A stretch of DNA of 64,000 nt from an uncultured delta proteobacterium (GTDB taxonomy: Bacteria > Myxococcota_A > UBA9160 > UBA4427): NCBI GenBank assembly GCA_963822965.1, contig CAWGJT010000010.1:736001-800000 (forward strand), given 5' to 3'. The notes beneath the pieces were generated by a model. That model did not search any database. It had not been told where the DNA came from and saw nothing but the letters and a program-made list of their open reading frames with translations. Below, piece by piece: positions 41,700-52,550 of the stretch (position 1 is its first letter; every line of letters begins with the position of its first letter). Position numbers and translations under genes: made by a program.

Positions 41700-42353
41700 A
41701 TGAAGTACCGGCTCTTCTACTACCCGGGAAACGCGAGCCTCGCGCCCCACGTGCTGCTCGCGGAGGCCGACGCCGACTACGAGCTCGTGCTGGTGGACCG
41801 CGCGCGCGACGCGCAGAAGGACCCGGAGTACCTGCGCCTCAACCCGAACGGTCGCATCCCGACGCTCGCTGCCGGCGATCTCGTGCTGTTCGAGGCGGCG
41901 GCGATCTGCCTGTACCTGGCGGACGCGCACCCGGAGGCGGCGCTGGCGCCGCCGGTGGGCTCGCCGGAACGCGCCCACTTCTACAAGTGGCTCGTGTTCC
42001 TGACCAACACCGTCCAGACCCACTACATGGCCTACCGCTATCCGGAGAAGCACACGAGCGACCCGGACGGCCTGGAGGGCGTGCGAGAGATGGAGGGGCG
42101 AAACGCGATGGAGGCATTCGGCGTGCTCGAGCGCACCCTCGGCCCGGGTCCCTTCGTGCTGGGAGAGCGCTACTCGGCCTGCGACGCCTACCTGCTGATG
42201 CTCGCGATGTGGGCGCGTCGGCTGCCGGTTCCGCCTGCCTCGCTACCGCGCCTGCGCGCGTGTCTCGACGCCACCGCGGTGCGTCCCGCCGTGCGGCGCG
42301 CATTCGAGCGCGAGGGGCTCGATCCGCTGACGTACGCCGGAGCTGCGGAGTAG
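41700..42353 (+). CDS. Glutathione S-transferase
   Basis: LNPNGRIPTL, LFEAAAICLYL, GERYSACD; GGAGG RBS. Confidence 0.92.
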   Translation: MKYRLFYYPGNASLAPHVLLAEADADYELVLVDRARDAQKDPEYLRLNPNGRIPTLAAGDLVLFEAAAICLYLADAHPEAALAPPVGSPERAHFYKWLVFLTNTVQTHYMAYRYPEKHTSDPDGLEGVREMEGRNAMEAFGVLERTLGPGPFVLGERYSACDAYLLMLAMWARRLPVPPASLPRLRACLDATAVRPAVRRAFEREGLDPLTYAGAAE

Positions 42354-42406
42354 CCGGCGCATCCGCCGGGGCTTCTGCGAGGGCCCCGGGGCCCGGGGGC
42401 CGCCGC

Positions 42407-43387
42407 TCAGGGGAAGCAAGCCGCCTCGAGCCGCTTTGCATAGCCCCCGCCGGCCTTCGTGGTGAGGTGGTCCGGGTTCGTGAAGGAGTCCACCGCGAGA
42501 TCCAGGTCGAGGTCGACGAAGTCGACGTACGGAATCGAGAGCTCGTCCGCGAGGGTCCGCAGGGCGTTCTCGGTCTCCCGATACGCCGGATCGTTCCGGC
42601 TCACCTCGAGATAGAGGTCCGTCACGGGGGTGCGGGCGAGGCACACGCGCGCACCGCGCGCCTGCAGCAGCTCGAGCATGCGGCGGTAGGCGGCGAACCC
42701 CTCGCTGGCGACGACGCCTTGCACCGGCCGGTTCGAGTCCACCCGGGCGCGAGCCTGTCGCAGGCGTTCGGCGTCAGGGAGGGCCCGTCGAACGGCTGCC
42801 TCCCGGCGGACGACCGGGCCGTCCGTCTTGCGGCGCCCCCGGGCCACCTCCGCGGCATGCTGCAGCTTCGCCGGATCGGCCAGGCGGGCGAGCTCGCGGC
42901 TCACCCCGGGCTCGAACACGTAGAGCACGAAGGGCAGCCCCAGGTTCTGCGCGAAGTAGGCGTCGTGGCCCTGGGCCTTCCGCTGCTGCATGACGGGGTT
43001 GAAGAGCTGGGGGCTCGCCTCGACGATCACCCGGCCCGGCGCCCGGTGCCGGTAGTACTCGCGCGCCACGATCTCGAGCGCGTGCGGGGACGAGCCCGCG
43101 CGGGCCAGGTTCGCGAAGGTCTCGGAGTTGATGAAGGCCCGGTAGAGGTGCGAGTCGCCGAGGACCGCGTCGGCGCGTGGCGCGTCGTAGACGAGCGCGA
43201 CCCGGTTCGCCCGTCCGTCCTCGATGGGAACGACGTAGCGGCGCAGCAGCCCCTCGGCGAGGGCGAGCGCGAGCCCGGCTCCCAACGCCACGATGAGCAG
43301 GTAGCGAACGGCGGCTCGCGCCTCGCTCCCGCCACCGGCGTCCGAAGCGCCGGAGACGTCAGAAGAACCGGTAGATGAACTCTTCAT
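42407..43387 (-). CDS. SGNH-like periplasmic partner of the MBOAT (AlgJ/DltD-like)
   Basis: N-terminal TM, LGDSH, NLARAG, NPDHL; ATG overlaps the MBOAT 3' end. Confidence 0.7.
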   Translation of the reverse strand: MKSSSTGSSDVSGASDAGGGSEARAAVRYLLIVALGAGLALALAEGLLRRYVVPIEDGRANRVALVYDAPRADAVLGDSHLYRAFINSETFANLARAGSSPHALEIVAREYYRHRAPGRVIVEASPQLFNPVMQQRKAQGHDAYFAQNLGLPFVLYVFEPGVSRELARLADPAKLQHAAEVARGRRKTDGPVVRREAAVRRALPDAERLRQARARVDSNRPVQGVVASEGFAAYRRMLELLQARGARVCLARTPVTDLYLEVSRNDPAYRETENALRTLADELSIPYVDFVDLDLDLAVDSFTNPDHLTTKAGGGYAKRLEAACFP

Positions 43388-44912
43388 AGCCTTCCGTGAA
43401 GATCGCGTAGAGCGAGGGAAGCAGGCAGCCCAGGGCGAAGAGCGCCCATCCGGGGGTCGGTCGCCAGCGCAGGCGGGCGGGGATGGGCTCGTGCGCGAAG
43501 CGCCGGAGGTCGAGGGCGGGGTCGTAGTCGGCCAGGATCTCCTGGGTGTTGGGCGCTCCCCAGACGACGGCGAGCAGCAGGGCGCCGGCGGCGAGGCCGG
43601 GCCATCCGACGGTCCCCGCGAAGCGCTGGGTCGCCTCGCTCGAGAAGGCGCCCGGGAGATCGCCCATGGCTCCGAGGATGGCGCCGGCGACGCCGAGGTC
43701 GCCGGCCCGGAAGACCACGAAGGTCGCCGCCAGGGTGGCCAGCAGCAGGCTGCGACCCAGCCCATGGGCGAGGGGCGCCGGCAGGCGCCCCGCCAGCCCC
43801 AGACGCCTCTTGAGAGCGACCCAGCCGTCGTGCAGCACGAGCAGCACGCCGTGCAGGCCGCCCCACAGGACGAAGGTCCACCCGGCGCCGTGCCAGAGCC
43901 CGCACAGCAGCATGGTGACGAGCTGGCCGACGACCACCGCCGTCGCGTCCCAGCGCGGTCCGCCCCGGCGCATGATGCCGCGGCTGATCGGAAAGAAGAG
44001 GAAGAGCCGCAGCCAGCGGGTGAGCGTGATGTGCCAGCGGCGCCAGAACTCGTTGATGTCGGCCGCCTTGTAGGGGGAGTGGAAGTTGAGGGGCAGCGTG
44101 ATCCCGAAGCAGCGGGACAGTCCGAGCGCCATGTCCGAGTACCCCGAGAAGTCGAAGTACACCTGGAACGTGAATCCCAGGGCGGCCGTCCAGGCCTCCC
44201 CGAACGTGAGGGGGACGCCGGCATGGGCCAGGTCGAAGAGGGCGCCCGCGCGGCCCGCCACGGCGTCGGCGAGCACCACCTTCTTGAAGAGACCCATCAC
44301 GAAGAGGGTCCCGCCGGCGGCGACGTCGAGCGCGCGCGGCCGCCGCGCCGCCAGCGCCGCGACCTGGCCCATCATCTCGCGGTGATGGACGATCGGGCCG
44401 GCGACCTGCTTCGGAAAGAATCCGACGAAGAGCGCATAGTCGAGGAAGCTTCGCTCGCGGACGCTCCCTTCCGCGGTGTCCACCAGGTAGGCGATCTGCT
44501 GGAACGTGAAGAAGGAGATCGCCAGCGGCAGCCCGACGCGCTCGAGCCCCGGAGCGAGCCCGCCCGCCGCTCCCGCGAGGGCCAGCAGCTGGTCGAGGGT
44601 CTCGAGGGCGAAGTGGGCGTACTTGAACCAGGCGAGCCCGGCGAGGTTCGCGACGACGCCGAGCCAGAGCCAGAAGCGACGCGCTCGCTCGCTGCCCGCG
44701 TCCTGGATGCGCAGGCCGACGGCGAAGTTCGCCGCGATCGAGCCGGCGAAGACCGCCAGGAAATGGGGCTGGGCCTGGGCGTAGAAGAGCGCCGAGGCCG
44801 TCACCAGCCAGGCCACCGCGACGCGGACGCGACCGACCCGCTGGATCGCCAGGAACCCGCCGAGCACGATCGGCAGGAAGACGAACAGGAAGAGAGTCGA
44901 TTGGAAGAGCAT
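43359..44912 (-). CDS. MBOAT O-acyltransferase, AlgI/DltB family
   Basis: LPLAISFFTFQ, YFDFSGYSDMA, FWRRWHITL, GLWHGA, EFIYRFF. Confidence 0.95.
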   Translation of the reverse strand: MLFQSTLFLFVFLPIVLGGFLAIQRVGRVRVAVAWLVTASALFYAQAQPHFLAVFAGSIAANFAVGLRIQDAGSERARRFWLWLGVVANLAGLAWFKYAHFALETLDQLLALAGAAGGLAPGLERVGLPLAISFFTFQQIAYLVDTAEGSVRERSFLDYALFVGFFPKQVAGPIVHHREMMGQVAALAARRPRALDVAAGGTLFVMGLFKKVVLADAVAGRAGALFDLAHAGVPLTFGEAWTAALGFTFQVYFDFSGYSDMALGLSRCFGITLPLNFHSPYKAADINEFWRRWHITLTRWLRLFLFFPISRGIMRRGGPRWDATAVVVGQLVTMLLCGLWHGAGWTFVLWGGLHGVLLVLHDGWVALKRRLGLAGRLPAPLAHGLGRSLLLATLAATFVVFRAGDLGVAGAILGAMGDLPGAFSSEATQRFAGTVGWPGLAAGALLLAVVWGAPNTQEILADYDPALDLRRFAHEPIPARLRWRPTPGWALFALGCLLPSLYAIFTEGYEEFIYRFF

Positions 44913-45003
44913 CGCTTCGGGGGCGCGAGGATATGCCCGGGCCGGGCGGGCGTGCTACCCCTGCCCGCGCCCGCCGGCATTCCGGCCCCGCTCGCGAGAT
45001 CTG

Positions 45004-45870
45004 GTGACGACCCTCGACGGACTCCTGACGCTCCTCGACCTCGAGGCCCTCGAGGTCAACCTCTTCCGCGGCCGCAGCCCCGACGAGGATCGCCAGCGGG
45101 TGTTCGGCGGTCAGGTGCTGGCCCAGGCCCTCGAGGCCGCGCGTCGCACCGTCGAGGCGGACCGCACCCCTCACAGCTTCCACGCCTACTTCCTGCGACC
45201 GGGAGACCCGTCGGCGCCCATCCTCTACCAGGTGGATCGCATCCGGGACGGGCGCAGCTTCACCACCCGGCGCATCGTCGCCATCCAGCACGGCAAGGCG
45301 ATCCTCAACATGTCGGCGTCGTTCCAGGTGGAGGAGCCGGGCTTCGAGCACCAGATGTCCATGCCCGAGTCGCCGCCGCCCGAGGCGCTTCCCGACGACG
45401 CGCAGCTCTTCGAACGCTTCCGGCACTCGGCGCCGCCGGGGATCGACGAGCAGGCAGGCTGGATGTCCGAGACCGAGCGGGCCATCGAGCAGCGCTACGC
45501 GGACCCGATCAACTGGTTCGCCCCGGAGCCCCAGGAGCCGCGCCAGCGGGTGTGGCTGCGGGCAAGCGCGCGGCTCCCGGACGATCCCGGGCTCCACGCG
45601 GTGGTGCTCGCCTACGCGTCGGACCTGTCGCTGCTCGACGCCGTCACGCTGCCGCACGCCATCACGTACTTCGACGATGCCATGCAGATCGCGAGCCTCG
45701 ACCACGCCATGTGGTTCCATCGTGCGTTCCGGGCGGACGACTGGCTGCTCTATGCCTCGGATTCGCCGTCGGCTTCGAACTCCCGGGGCTTCGCCCGGGG
45801 CAGCGTCTTCGACCGCAGCGGCCGGCTGGTGGCCTCGGTCACCCAGGAAGGGCTGATCCGCAAGCGCTGA
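45004..45870 (+). CDS. tesB: Acyl-CoA thioesterase II
   Basis: VFGGQV, HSFHAYFLRPG, RDGRSF, ASLDHAMWFH, QEGL. Confidence 0.93.
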   Translation: MTTLDGLLTLLDLEALEVNLFRGRSPDEDRQRVFGGQVLAQALEAARRTVEADRTPHSFHAYFLRPGDPSAPILYQVDRIRDGRSFTTRRIVAIQHGKAILNMSASFQVEEPGFEHQMSMPESPPPEALPDDAQLFERFRHSAPPGIDEQAGWMSETERAIEQRYADPINWFAPEPQEPRQRVWLRASARLPDDPGLHAVVLAYASDLSLLDAVTLPHAITYFDDAMQIASLDHAMWFHRAFRADDWLLYASDSPSASNSRGFARGSVFDRSGRLVASVTQEGLIRKR

Positions 45871-45938
45871 CGCCGCCGACGAGAGCACGCCGAGCGCCTG
45901 GCGTTCGCCGGCGGAAATTGCGTCGGGGATCCGGGCGC

Positions 45939-48900
45939 TTACCCGGGTTTCCTCGACCAATCTCTTGCTTGGTCTTCCTGGGCGCGCACGCGCTCCTCGG
46001 CGCGCCGGAGGCGCTGGGTCAGCACCTTGAAGATCTCGAACGAGATCTCCGGAGACTGGAGGATCAGGTCCATGAAGCGCGTCCCGTCGAGGGTGAGCAG
46101 CCGGGCGTCCCGGGTGACCACGACCGTGGCGCTCCGGGGCGCGCTGTCGAAGATCGCGATCTCGCCGAAGTACCCCACGCCGCTCGGGCTCATGGTGGTG
46201 AGCTCGATCGCATCGGGCGTACCGTGGTTCTTCACGGCTACCGCCTCTCCTTCGAGCATCACGTAGAGCTCTTCTCCGGGCTCTCCCTCGCGCACCACCA
46301 CCTCGCCCGCCAGGTACTGGGCCTCGTTCATGAAGCGTCCGATGGCCTCGAGCTGCTCGAGGGAGAGGTGCGCGAAGAGCGGGACGCGTCGGAGCGCCAG
46401 CATCGTCTCCATGGTGTGGACCTCCGGTGGGGATTCGCCGTTGGGGAGCGACGGGTTGCCTGTCACGGCGAGCTTGAGCCAGCGGTCCGGGGATTCCCCG
46501 GCGCGGCTCAGGACGTCGTTCAGCACGCGCGGAATGCGGACGGTGTTCGAGAGAGCGGGTAGCTTGTCCACGACGGGTCCGTCCTCGAGCAGCAGCGCCA
46601 GCTGCTGGGCGGAGTTCCGGTCGCCGAGGTTGCTCAGCACTTCGAGCGCGTCGGAGCGCCGCCGTACGGACGCGTAGCCCAGCGCTTTGCGCACGCTGCG
46701 GACGACGATCGGATCCTCGAGCAGCTCGAGCGTGCGGAAGGCCATCCAGGTGCTGCGGTCGCGCGCATTCTGGAGAGCCGTGCGCAGGAAGCGTCGGGCG
46801 AGGTCTCCCTCGTCGGGCACCAGCTGCAGGCCGGCGAGGCACTCCCAGGCCTCGTGGACCCGCTCGCGGAAGACGCGCTCGAGGATCGGGCGCGAGCCCT
46901 CGGTTCGCGCGCGGGCCACCGCGAGCAGGGCGGCGTCCGCGGTCCAACGCCGGAGGCTGTCCACCGATCCCTGGGCGGCGCGGACGCCGACCTCGCCCAT
47001 GGCCGCCAGGCCGGCGGCTGCCTCCGCGCGCACGCCGCGGTCCACGTCGTCGAGGGAGCGGGCGAGGAGGCCCGCGCTGTGCTCGTCTTTTCGCCCCCGG
47101 AGCGCCCGCAGCGCCGCCCTGCGAACCCGCGCGTCCGGATGTGCGAGGTCGCGCTCCAGCCGGTCGGCGGAGAGCGCGTCGGCGGCGTCGAGGCGCGTCA
47201 CGGTGTCGAGGGCCGCAGCGCGCACGGCGGGGTCGGCGTCGTCGAGTCGGTCCTGCGCCTCGTCGAGCAGCTCCCGGGGAAGGCGCCGCAGCGCTTCGAT
47301 CGCCGCGTTCGGGTCGTCCTGGCCGATCATGCGCTGCAGGACGTCCAGGCCTTCGCCGGACAGGTGCACGGCGGCCTCCGCACGCACCCGGGCGTCGCGA
47401 TCGTCGAGGCGCCCCCGCAGTCCGGCCACCAGGGCATCGGGAAGCGAAGCCAGCGCGCCCGCCGCCCGGGCGGCGGCGAGCCGGACCGAGGCCTCGGGAT
47501 CTTCGAGGGCGCCGACGAGCAGCTGGGCCAGTCCCGGGTCGGAGGCGCCGGCGAGGGCCTCGATGCAGGCCACCCGGACGCCGGCGTTCGGGTGCGCGGC
47601 GTTGCGCAGCAACGGCTCGACCACGCCGTGCCGGGCGAAGAGCGGCGGGAGATCGAGCCATCCCCGGGGCGGGTCGGCCTCCTCCGCCAACGAGGTCTGC
47701 CACTGCGCGCCGAGCCGGGCGATCTCGATCTCGCCGAGGTCGGCCCCGACGGCGTCGAGATCCAGGCGGCCGCTGCGCAGCTCGGCGACGAGGCTCCGCA
47801 GGTACTCCCGCCGCACGCGCAGGTTCGCGAAGAGGTAGAGGCCGGCCGCCGCGATGCCCACCGCGCACAGGGCGCGGTGGTCGAGTCGGCCGTCGATGAG
47901 GAGCAGGGCGAGGCCCGCCACGGACATCGACGCGTAGTAGACCATGCCCTCCAGGAAGGCTCGCATGCGGCCGCGAAAGCGGAAGGGCAGGGCGTTGTAC
48001 GCGAGCGAGCGGACGGTGCTCGCCAGCGAGTTGTCCAGCAGCTCGCGGTTCGCGCGAGCGAGGACGCCTACGACGAGACGGGGATCGACGGCCAGGGCGC
48101 CGAAGGTCAGCAGGGTCAGCAGGGGATGCACGAGATTCGCCTGGGCGATCCCGAGACGGCGCAGCAGGGCCGGGGTCACCACCCGGGCCACCACGATCTC
48201 GATGCCGTTGGTGACGGCGAGGTAGACGCCGAAGAAGGAGGCCAGGGCTTCCGGGCTCCGGAATGCGTTGGTGAAGATCTCCATCTCCAGGAACTGCATC
48301 AGCAGGAGCGCGAGCACCATGCCGATGACCGAGAGGGTGAGCCACCGTGCCAGGGGTGAACGCCCGACGAACCGGAGCGCGGCCCGCATTCCCTCCGCGG
48401 AGCTCTCGTCGGCCTCGCTGCCCACCGGGAACCAGCGTTTGAGGTTGCGCCGCGAGCGCTGCACCAGCCCGGCGGCCAGCAGCAGGAAGAGCGCCCACAT
48501 GACGATGAGGCTCTCGGTGGGTGCCACCCGGGAGAGCAGCACGCCCAGGCTGCCGCCGATGATGCCGCCCAGGCTGCCGTTCATGACCAGGTAGGGGAAT
48601 ACGCGCTTGCTCGACAGCGTGTCGAAGTAGTCCGCGGCGAACGTCCAGTAGTGCAGGTAGAGGATCACGGCCTGGGTGAGGTAGGCGCCGCAGAAGAAGG
48701 CCAGGAGCACCCAGCGCGCTCCCGCGAGTGCGAAGTAGACACCCCCGAGCAGCAGGAGGGCCGCGCCGCAGAGGACGGCGACGTAGAGGGCGTCGTTGCG
48801 CACCTTGCCCACCGCGAAGGCGTAGGCGAGGGAGCCCGTCACCGACACGACCGAGGCCAGGATGAACGCGGCCGGGAGCGCCTGCGGGCCGAGTCCGGCT

Positions 48901-49055
48901 AGGAAGAGGGCGTCGCTGCCCGCGAGCCCCACGGTCTGCGCCAGGGTGATGAGGGTGGCGAGGGCGGCGAAGAAGCGGAAGCGCTCGCGCTCGCGCGGGC
49001 GCACGTCGGGGAAGAGCCGCCAGAAGATGCCGTTGCCGTCGGGAGTCGGGGTCAT
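45939..49055 (-). CDS. Multidomain protein: MFS/NTT-like membrane domain + HEAT repeats + cNMP-binding domain
   Basis: About 12 TM segments N-terminally; VRLAAA/VRAEAA repeats; VREGEPGEELY...FGEIAIF...PRSATV. Confidence 0.85.
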   Translation of the reverse strand: MTPTPDGNGIFWRLFPDVRPRERERFRFFAALATLITLAQTVGLAGSDALFLAGLGPQALPAAFILASVVSVTGSLAYAFAVGKVRNDALYVAVLCGAALLLLGGVYFALAGARWVLLAFFCGAYLTQAVILYLHYWTFAADYFDTLSSKRVFPYLVMNGSLGGIIGGSLGVLLSRVAPTESLIVMWALFLLLAAGLVQRSRRNLKRWFPVGSEADESSAEGMRAALRFVGRSPLARWLTLSVIGMVLALLLMQFLEMEIFTNAFRSPEALASFFGVYLAVTNGIEIVVARVVTPALLRRLGIAQANLVHPLLTLLTFGALAVDPRLVVGVLARANRELLDNSLASTVRSLAYNALPFRFRGRMRAFLEGMVYYASMSVAGLALLLIDGRLDHRALCAVGIAAAGLYLFANLRVRREYLRSLVAELRSGRLDLDAVGADLGEIEIARLGAQWQTSLAEEADPPRGWLDLPPLFARHGVVEPLLRNAAHPNAGVRVACIEALAGASDPGLAQLLVGALEDPEASVRLAAARAAGALASLPDALVAGLRGRLDDRDARVRAEAAVHLSGEGLDVLQRMIGQDDPNAAIEALRRLPRELLDEAQDRLDDADPAVRAAALDTVTRLDAADALSADRLERDLAHPDARVRRAALRALRGRKDEHSAGLLARSLDDVDRGVRAEAAAGLAAMGEVGVRAAQGSVDSLRRWTADAALLAVARARTEGSRPILERVFRERVHEAWECLAGLQLVPDEGDLARRFLRTALQNARDRSTWMAFRTLELLEDPIVVRSVRKALGYASVRRRSDALEVLSNLGDRNSAQQLALLLEDGPVVDKLPALSNTVRIPRVLNDVLSRAGESPDRWLKLAVTGNPSLPNGESPPEVHTMETMLALRRVPLFAHLSLEQLEAIGRFMNEAQYLAGEVVVREGEPGEELYVMLEGEAVAVKNHGTPDAIELTTMSPSGVGYFGEIAIFDSAPRSATVVVTRDARLLTLDGTRFMDLILQSPEISFEIFKVLTQRLRRAEERVRAQEDQARDWSRKPG

Positions 49056-49158
49056 CGGTGGTGCGCGCCCGTCGAGTGCGCGCCACGCATTGTACCCGCT
49101 GCCGGGCGAGCGCATCCCCTCGGAAGCGGGGGCGCTCCCCGGGGTGAGCGGTCTCCCG

Positions 49159-50980
49159 TTAGGCGGAGGCCCTCTCGATGGGCAGACGCACCCGGAAGAT
49201 CGTCCCGATGCCGGGGGTCGAGTCGACGGTGATCTCGCCCCCGTGACGCTTGACGATCTCGTAGGAGATGGAGAGGCCCAGCCCGGTTCCTTCTCCGACG
49301 CTCTTGGTCGTGTAGAAGGGATCGAAGATGCGTTCGAGGTCCGCCTGCTCGATTCCGCTTCCGTCGTCGCTCACGGCGAGGCGGACGAAGTCGCCCTCCT
49401 TCCGCGTTGAGATCCGGATGAGACCGCTCTCGCCGACGGCGTCGGCAGCGTTGATGAGCAGGTTCAGGACCACCTGCTGTACCTCCCGCGCCGAGCCGAG
49501 GAACGGCGGCAGGTCGCCATAGTCGAGCTCGACGTCGATCCCGGCCGAGAGACGGGGGGCCGCCATGCGGTGCGCGGCGGAGACGATCTCGTTCAGGTCG
49601 AGCGGCTCCCGCACCGCGCTCCCGGCGTGCGAGAACTCCCGGATGCCGCGCACGATCGCCGCCGTCCGGGCGACCCCTTCGAGGGACTCGTCGATCAGCT
49701 CCTGTCCCTCGGTGTAGAGGGCGTCGACTCCGGCGGCGAGCTTCGCGCGGCCATCGGACTTCGTCTCGCCCGGCGGCCCGCTTCGCCCGCCGAGGGACAA
49801 GGCGTCGGATGCCAGCTCCCGGAACGCGTCCCAGTGCTGGCGGAGCATCACGAGATTCGCCCGCACGTAGGCGACCGGGTTGTTGATCTCGTGGGCGATT
49901 CCGGCCGCGAGCTGGCCGACCGCGGCCATGCGGCCGGAGAGGAGCAGGCGTTTTCGCAGGTTCACGAGCTCGCGCTCGTCGCGCACGACCACCGCGGCGC
50001 CCGCCGCCTCGCCCTGCCGGTTCCGCAGGATCGAGGTCGAGATGGAGACGGGGAAGCTCGCGCCCGCGAGGGGTCGGATCTCGCACTCCAGCCCGCCCTC
50101 GGTCTCGAGGGCCTTGTGGAGGTCGCAGCTGAACAGGTCCTGGAAGCTCGCCCCGCAGAGGGCTCGACGCGAGCAGCCCGCGAGGCGTGCCATGGCCTCG
50201 TTGCTGGTTCGGATGCGTCCGTCCAGGCGCAGCATCACGAGCCCTTCGTGCATGGTGTGCACGATCTCTGCCGCGTACGCGGCGGGCACCAGCAGCGCGT
50301 AGCCGTAGCGATACAGGCTCCAGGCGATGGTCGCCCCGAGCACGATGAAGGTCGACGTGCCGAGGCGGATCGTGTGGATCGCCCAGGAAGGGCAGGACAC
50401 CGTCGCTCACCGAGGCGATCAGCAGCGGCGCGAGGATGCCCGCGCCCACCCAGCAGGCCTGCTTGCGCTCGGCCCGGGAGGGAAGGCGCCGGTAGGCCCG
50501 GGCGCCCAGCGCGAGCCCCCACACCATGGCGACCACCGTGAACAGCCAGAAGACGGGGTAGGCGGGGCCGAGCGTGTAGCTGAAGCCCCAGGGCGTCTCG
50601 ACGACGCCTGCGTGGACGAGGTCCGTGGTCCAGTCGAGCAGCAGGAACGCGGCCGATGCGAGGTAGAGCCTGGGCAGGATGCGTCGGATCTCGTGGGCCG
50701 GCTCGCCGGTCACCTCGATGACCAGGTGGAGCGCCAGGGGGCCCAGCATCACCCAGCCGAGGGCCGAGAGCTTGACGAGCCACAGGGCCACGGTGGGGTC
50801 GCTGGCGTTGGCCCAGAGCACCTCGCAGAAGGCCCAGAAGGCGCCGCCGTAGAGCACGGTCGCCGAGAGCCGGCTCGCTCCGCTCGTGGAGTCCCGCGCC
50901 AGGATCGCGGTGGCGAGCATCGCCGACACGACGCAGGCGACGAGGGGCAGCAGCATGTAGAAGGACATCGCCGCGCCCAT
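49159..50980 (-). CDS. 7TM-PAS sensor histidine kinase (frameshift near 50390)
   Basis: 7TM N-terminus, PAS, AHEINNP H-box, NLLINA, DDGSGI, FDPFYTTK, GTGLGL. Confidence 0.9.
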
Positions 50981-51045
50981 CGGCCGGACGGGGGCTGCGC
51001 TTGATGCTGGGGCCGCCCAGGGCCCACGCGGGGCCAGCCGCGGGG

Positions 51046-52017
51046 CTACCTCGCGGCCAGCTCGGCCATCAGCCCGAACAGCTCGACGGGACCCGGTCGC
51101 TCCCCCGTGGCGCCGAACTCACGGTAGAGGCTGTGGACGTTCACCACGATCCGTTCCGGGTCGCTCCACGACGCGAAGGCGCCGAGATCGATGTCCCGGG
51201 CTGCCTCGGTGGCGGACAGCCCGGCGTCGAAGCGCTGGCGCGCCTCGTCGCGAACGTAGACGAGGTAGTCGCGGACGGCGCGGACGCCCGAGGCGTCGGT
51301 CACGGGACCGTGGCCCGGCACCACGACGGTCGCACCGAGGGCGTCGATCCGGTCGCAGGCGGCGATCCAGTTGCCGACGGGTCCCTCCCACATGATGGGG
51401 GTGCCCTCGATGAACAGGATGTCGCCCGTGAAGACCACCCCGGCGTCCGGCACGTGCACGATGACGTCGCCTCGGGTGTGGGCGGGGCCCACCTCGACGA
51501 GATCGACGCGCCGATCTCCGACGCGGAGCTCGAGCTCGCCCGAGAAGGTGCGCGAGACGGGCGGGACCTGGATCCCGGTGAAGTCGAAGGCTCCGAAGCA
51601 GTGCCGGAAGAAGGCACCCGCCGGACCGAGCTGGTCGGCGTTGTCGAGCAGCGCCGCCATCATGGCCGGCGCCACCTCGGCGATCTCCAGAGCGGTGGCC
51701 GCGGAGGTGACGATGGTGGCCCCGGCGACCAGCTGGTTGCCGTAGCAGTGGTCGCCGTTCGCGTGGGTGTTCACGAGAGTGTCGATGGCGCGGGCCGCAG
51801 GCGCCGCCCGGCGCATGGCGTCCAGCATCTCGGCGGTGAGCCGCAGGTCGAAGAGGGTGTCGACGAGCAGCGACGCCTCGCCGTCGGTCACGAGACCGGC
51901 GTTGCTGAAGCCCCAGGATCCGTCGGGCTGGAGCCAGGCGTGGACGTCCCGTCCGATCTCGTGCAGCCCCTTCTCGAAGGGAACGCCTCCGGTGTGCGCG
52001 GTCGTCTTTCGTCCCAT
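51046..52017 (-). CDS. MBL-fold metallo-hydrolase
   Basis: NTHANGDH, AHTRGD, FTGD, PGHG. Confidence 0.9.
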   Translation of the reverse strand: MGRKTTAHTGGVPFEKGLHEIGRDVHAWLQPDGSWGFSNAGLVTDGEASLLVDTLFDLRLTAEMLDAMRRAAPAARAIDTLVNTHANGDHCYGNQLVAGATIVTSAATALEIAEVAPAMMAALLDNADQLGPAGAFFRHCFGAFDFTGIQVPPVSRTFSGELELRVGDRRVDLVEVGPAHTRGDVIVHVPDAGVVFTGDILFIEGTPIMWEGPVGNWIAACDRIDALGATVVVPGHGPVTDASGVRAVRDYLVYVRDEARQRFDAGLSATEAARDIDLGAFASWSDPERIVVNVHSLYREFGATGERPGPVELFGLMAELAAR

Positions 52018-52026
52018 TGCAGGTCC

Positions 52027-52512
52027 TCACTGCCCGTCGCGAGGGGGCGTGACGTCGATGATCCGGTGGGGGTGTCGCCGGTCGGGCTCGCCGGGCGACA
52101 CCCCGGGGTCGAAGCGGACCGAGTGGTGCACGTCCACGTGGACGCGATTCTCCCGCACGGCCCGCTCGAAGCGACGCACCAGCTCGCGCTTGACGACCCG
52201 GCGGAACGCCGGGACGAGACACAGGAAGCCGAAGGCGTCGGTCACGACACCCGGCGTGACGAGCAGGGCCGAAGCCACCAGGATCAGCAGCCCGTCGATC
52301 AGGGAGTCGGCGGGCATCTCGCCCCGGCCCAGCTGCTCCTGGACGCGAGAGAACGCCTGCAGGCCCTGGTGCCGGGCCAGGGACGCCCCGATCACGCCGG
52401 TGACGACGATCAGGGCGAGGGTCTCGAAGGTTCCGATGCGGCGCCCGATCTCGATGAGGAGCGCCAGCTCGATCGCGGGGAGCGCGATGAAGAGCAGCAG
52501 CAGACGGCCCAT
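52027..52512 (-). CDS. fxsA: FxsA family membrane protein
   Basis: P.IELALLI.IG, LLVTPGVVTDAFG. Confidence 0.9.
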   Translation of the reverse strand: MGRLLLLFIALPAIELALLIEIGRRIGTFETLALIVVTGVIGASLARHQGLQAFSRVQEQLGRGEMPADSLIDGLLILVASALLVTPGVVTDAFGFLCLVPAFRRVVKRELVRRFERAVRENRVHVDVHHSVRFDPGVSPGEPDRRHPHRIIDVTPPRDGQ

Positions 52513-52550
52513 CGCCGGAGCATCGCACAGGGGGCGCGGTCGGGCCGATC

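Noticed and set aside
43384..49086. 1900-aa ORF and other long Arg/Pro/Gly-rich shadow ORFs (43491..46562, 19361..21916, 51001..53169)
   Set aside because: Alternative-frame or antisense shadows of well-supported genes, with no recognisable motifs
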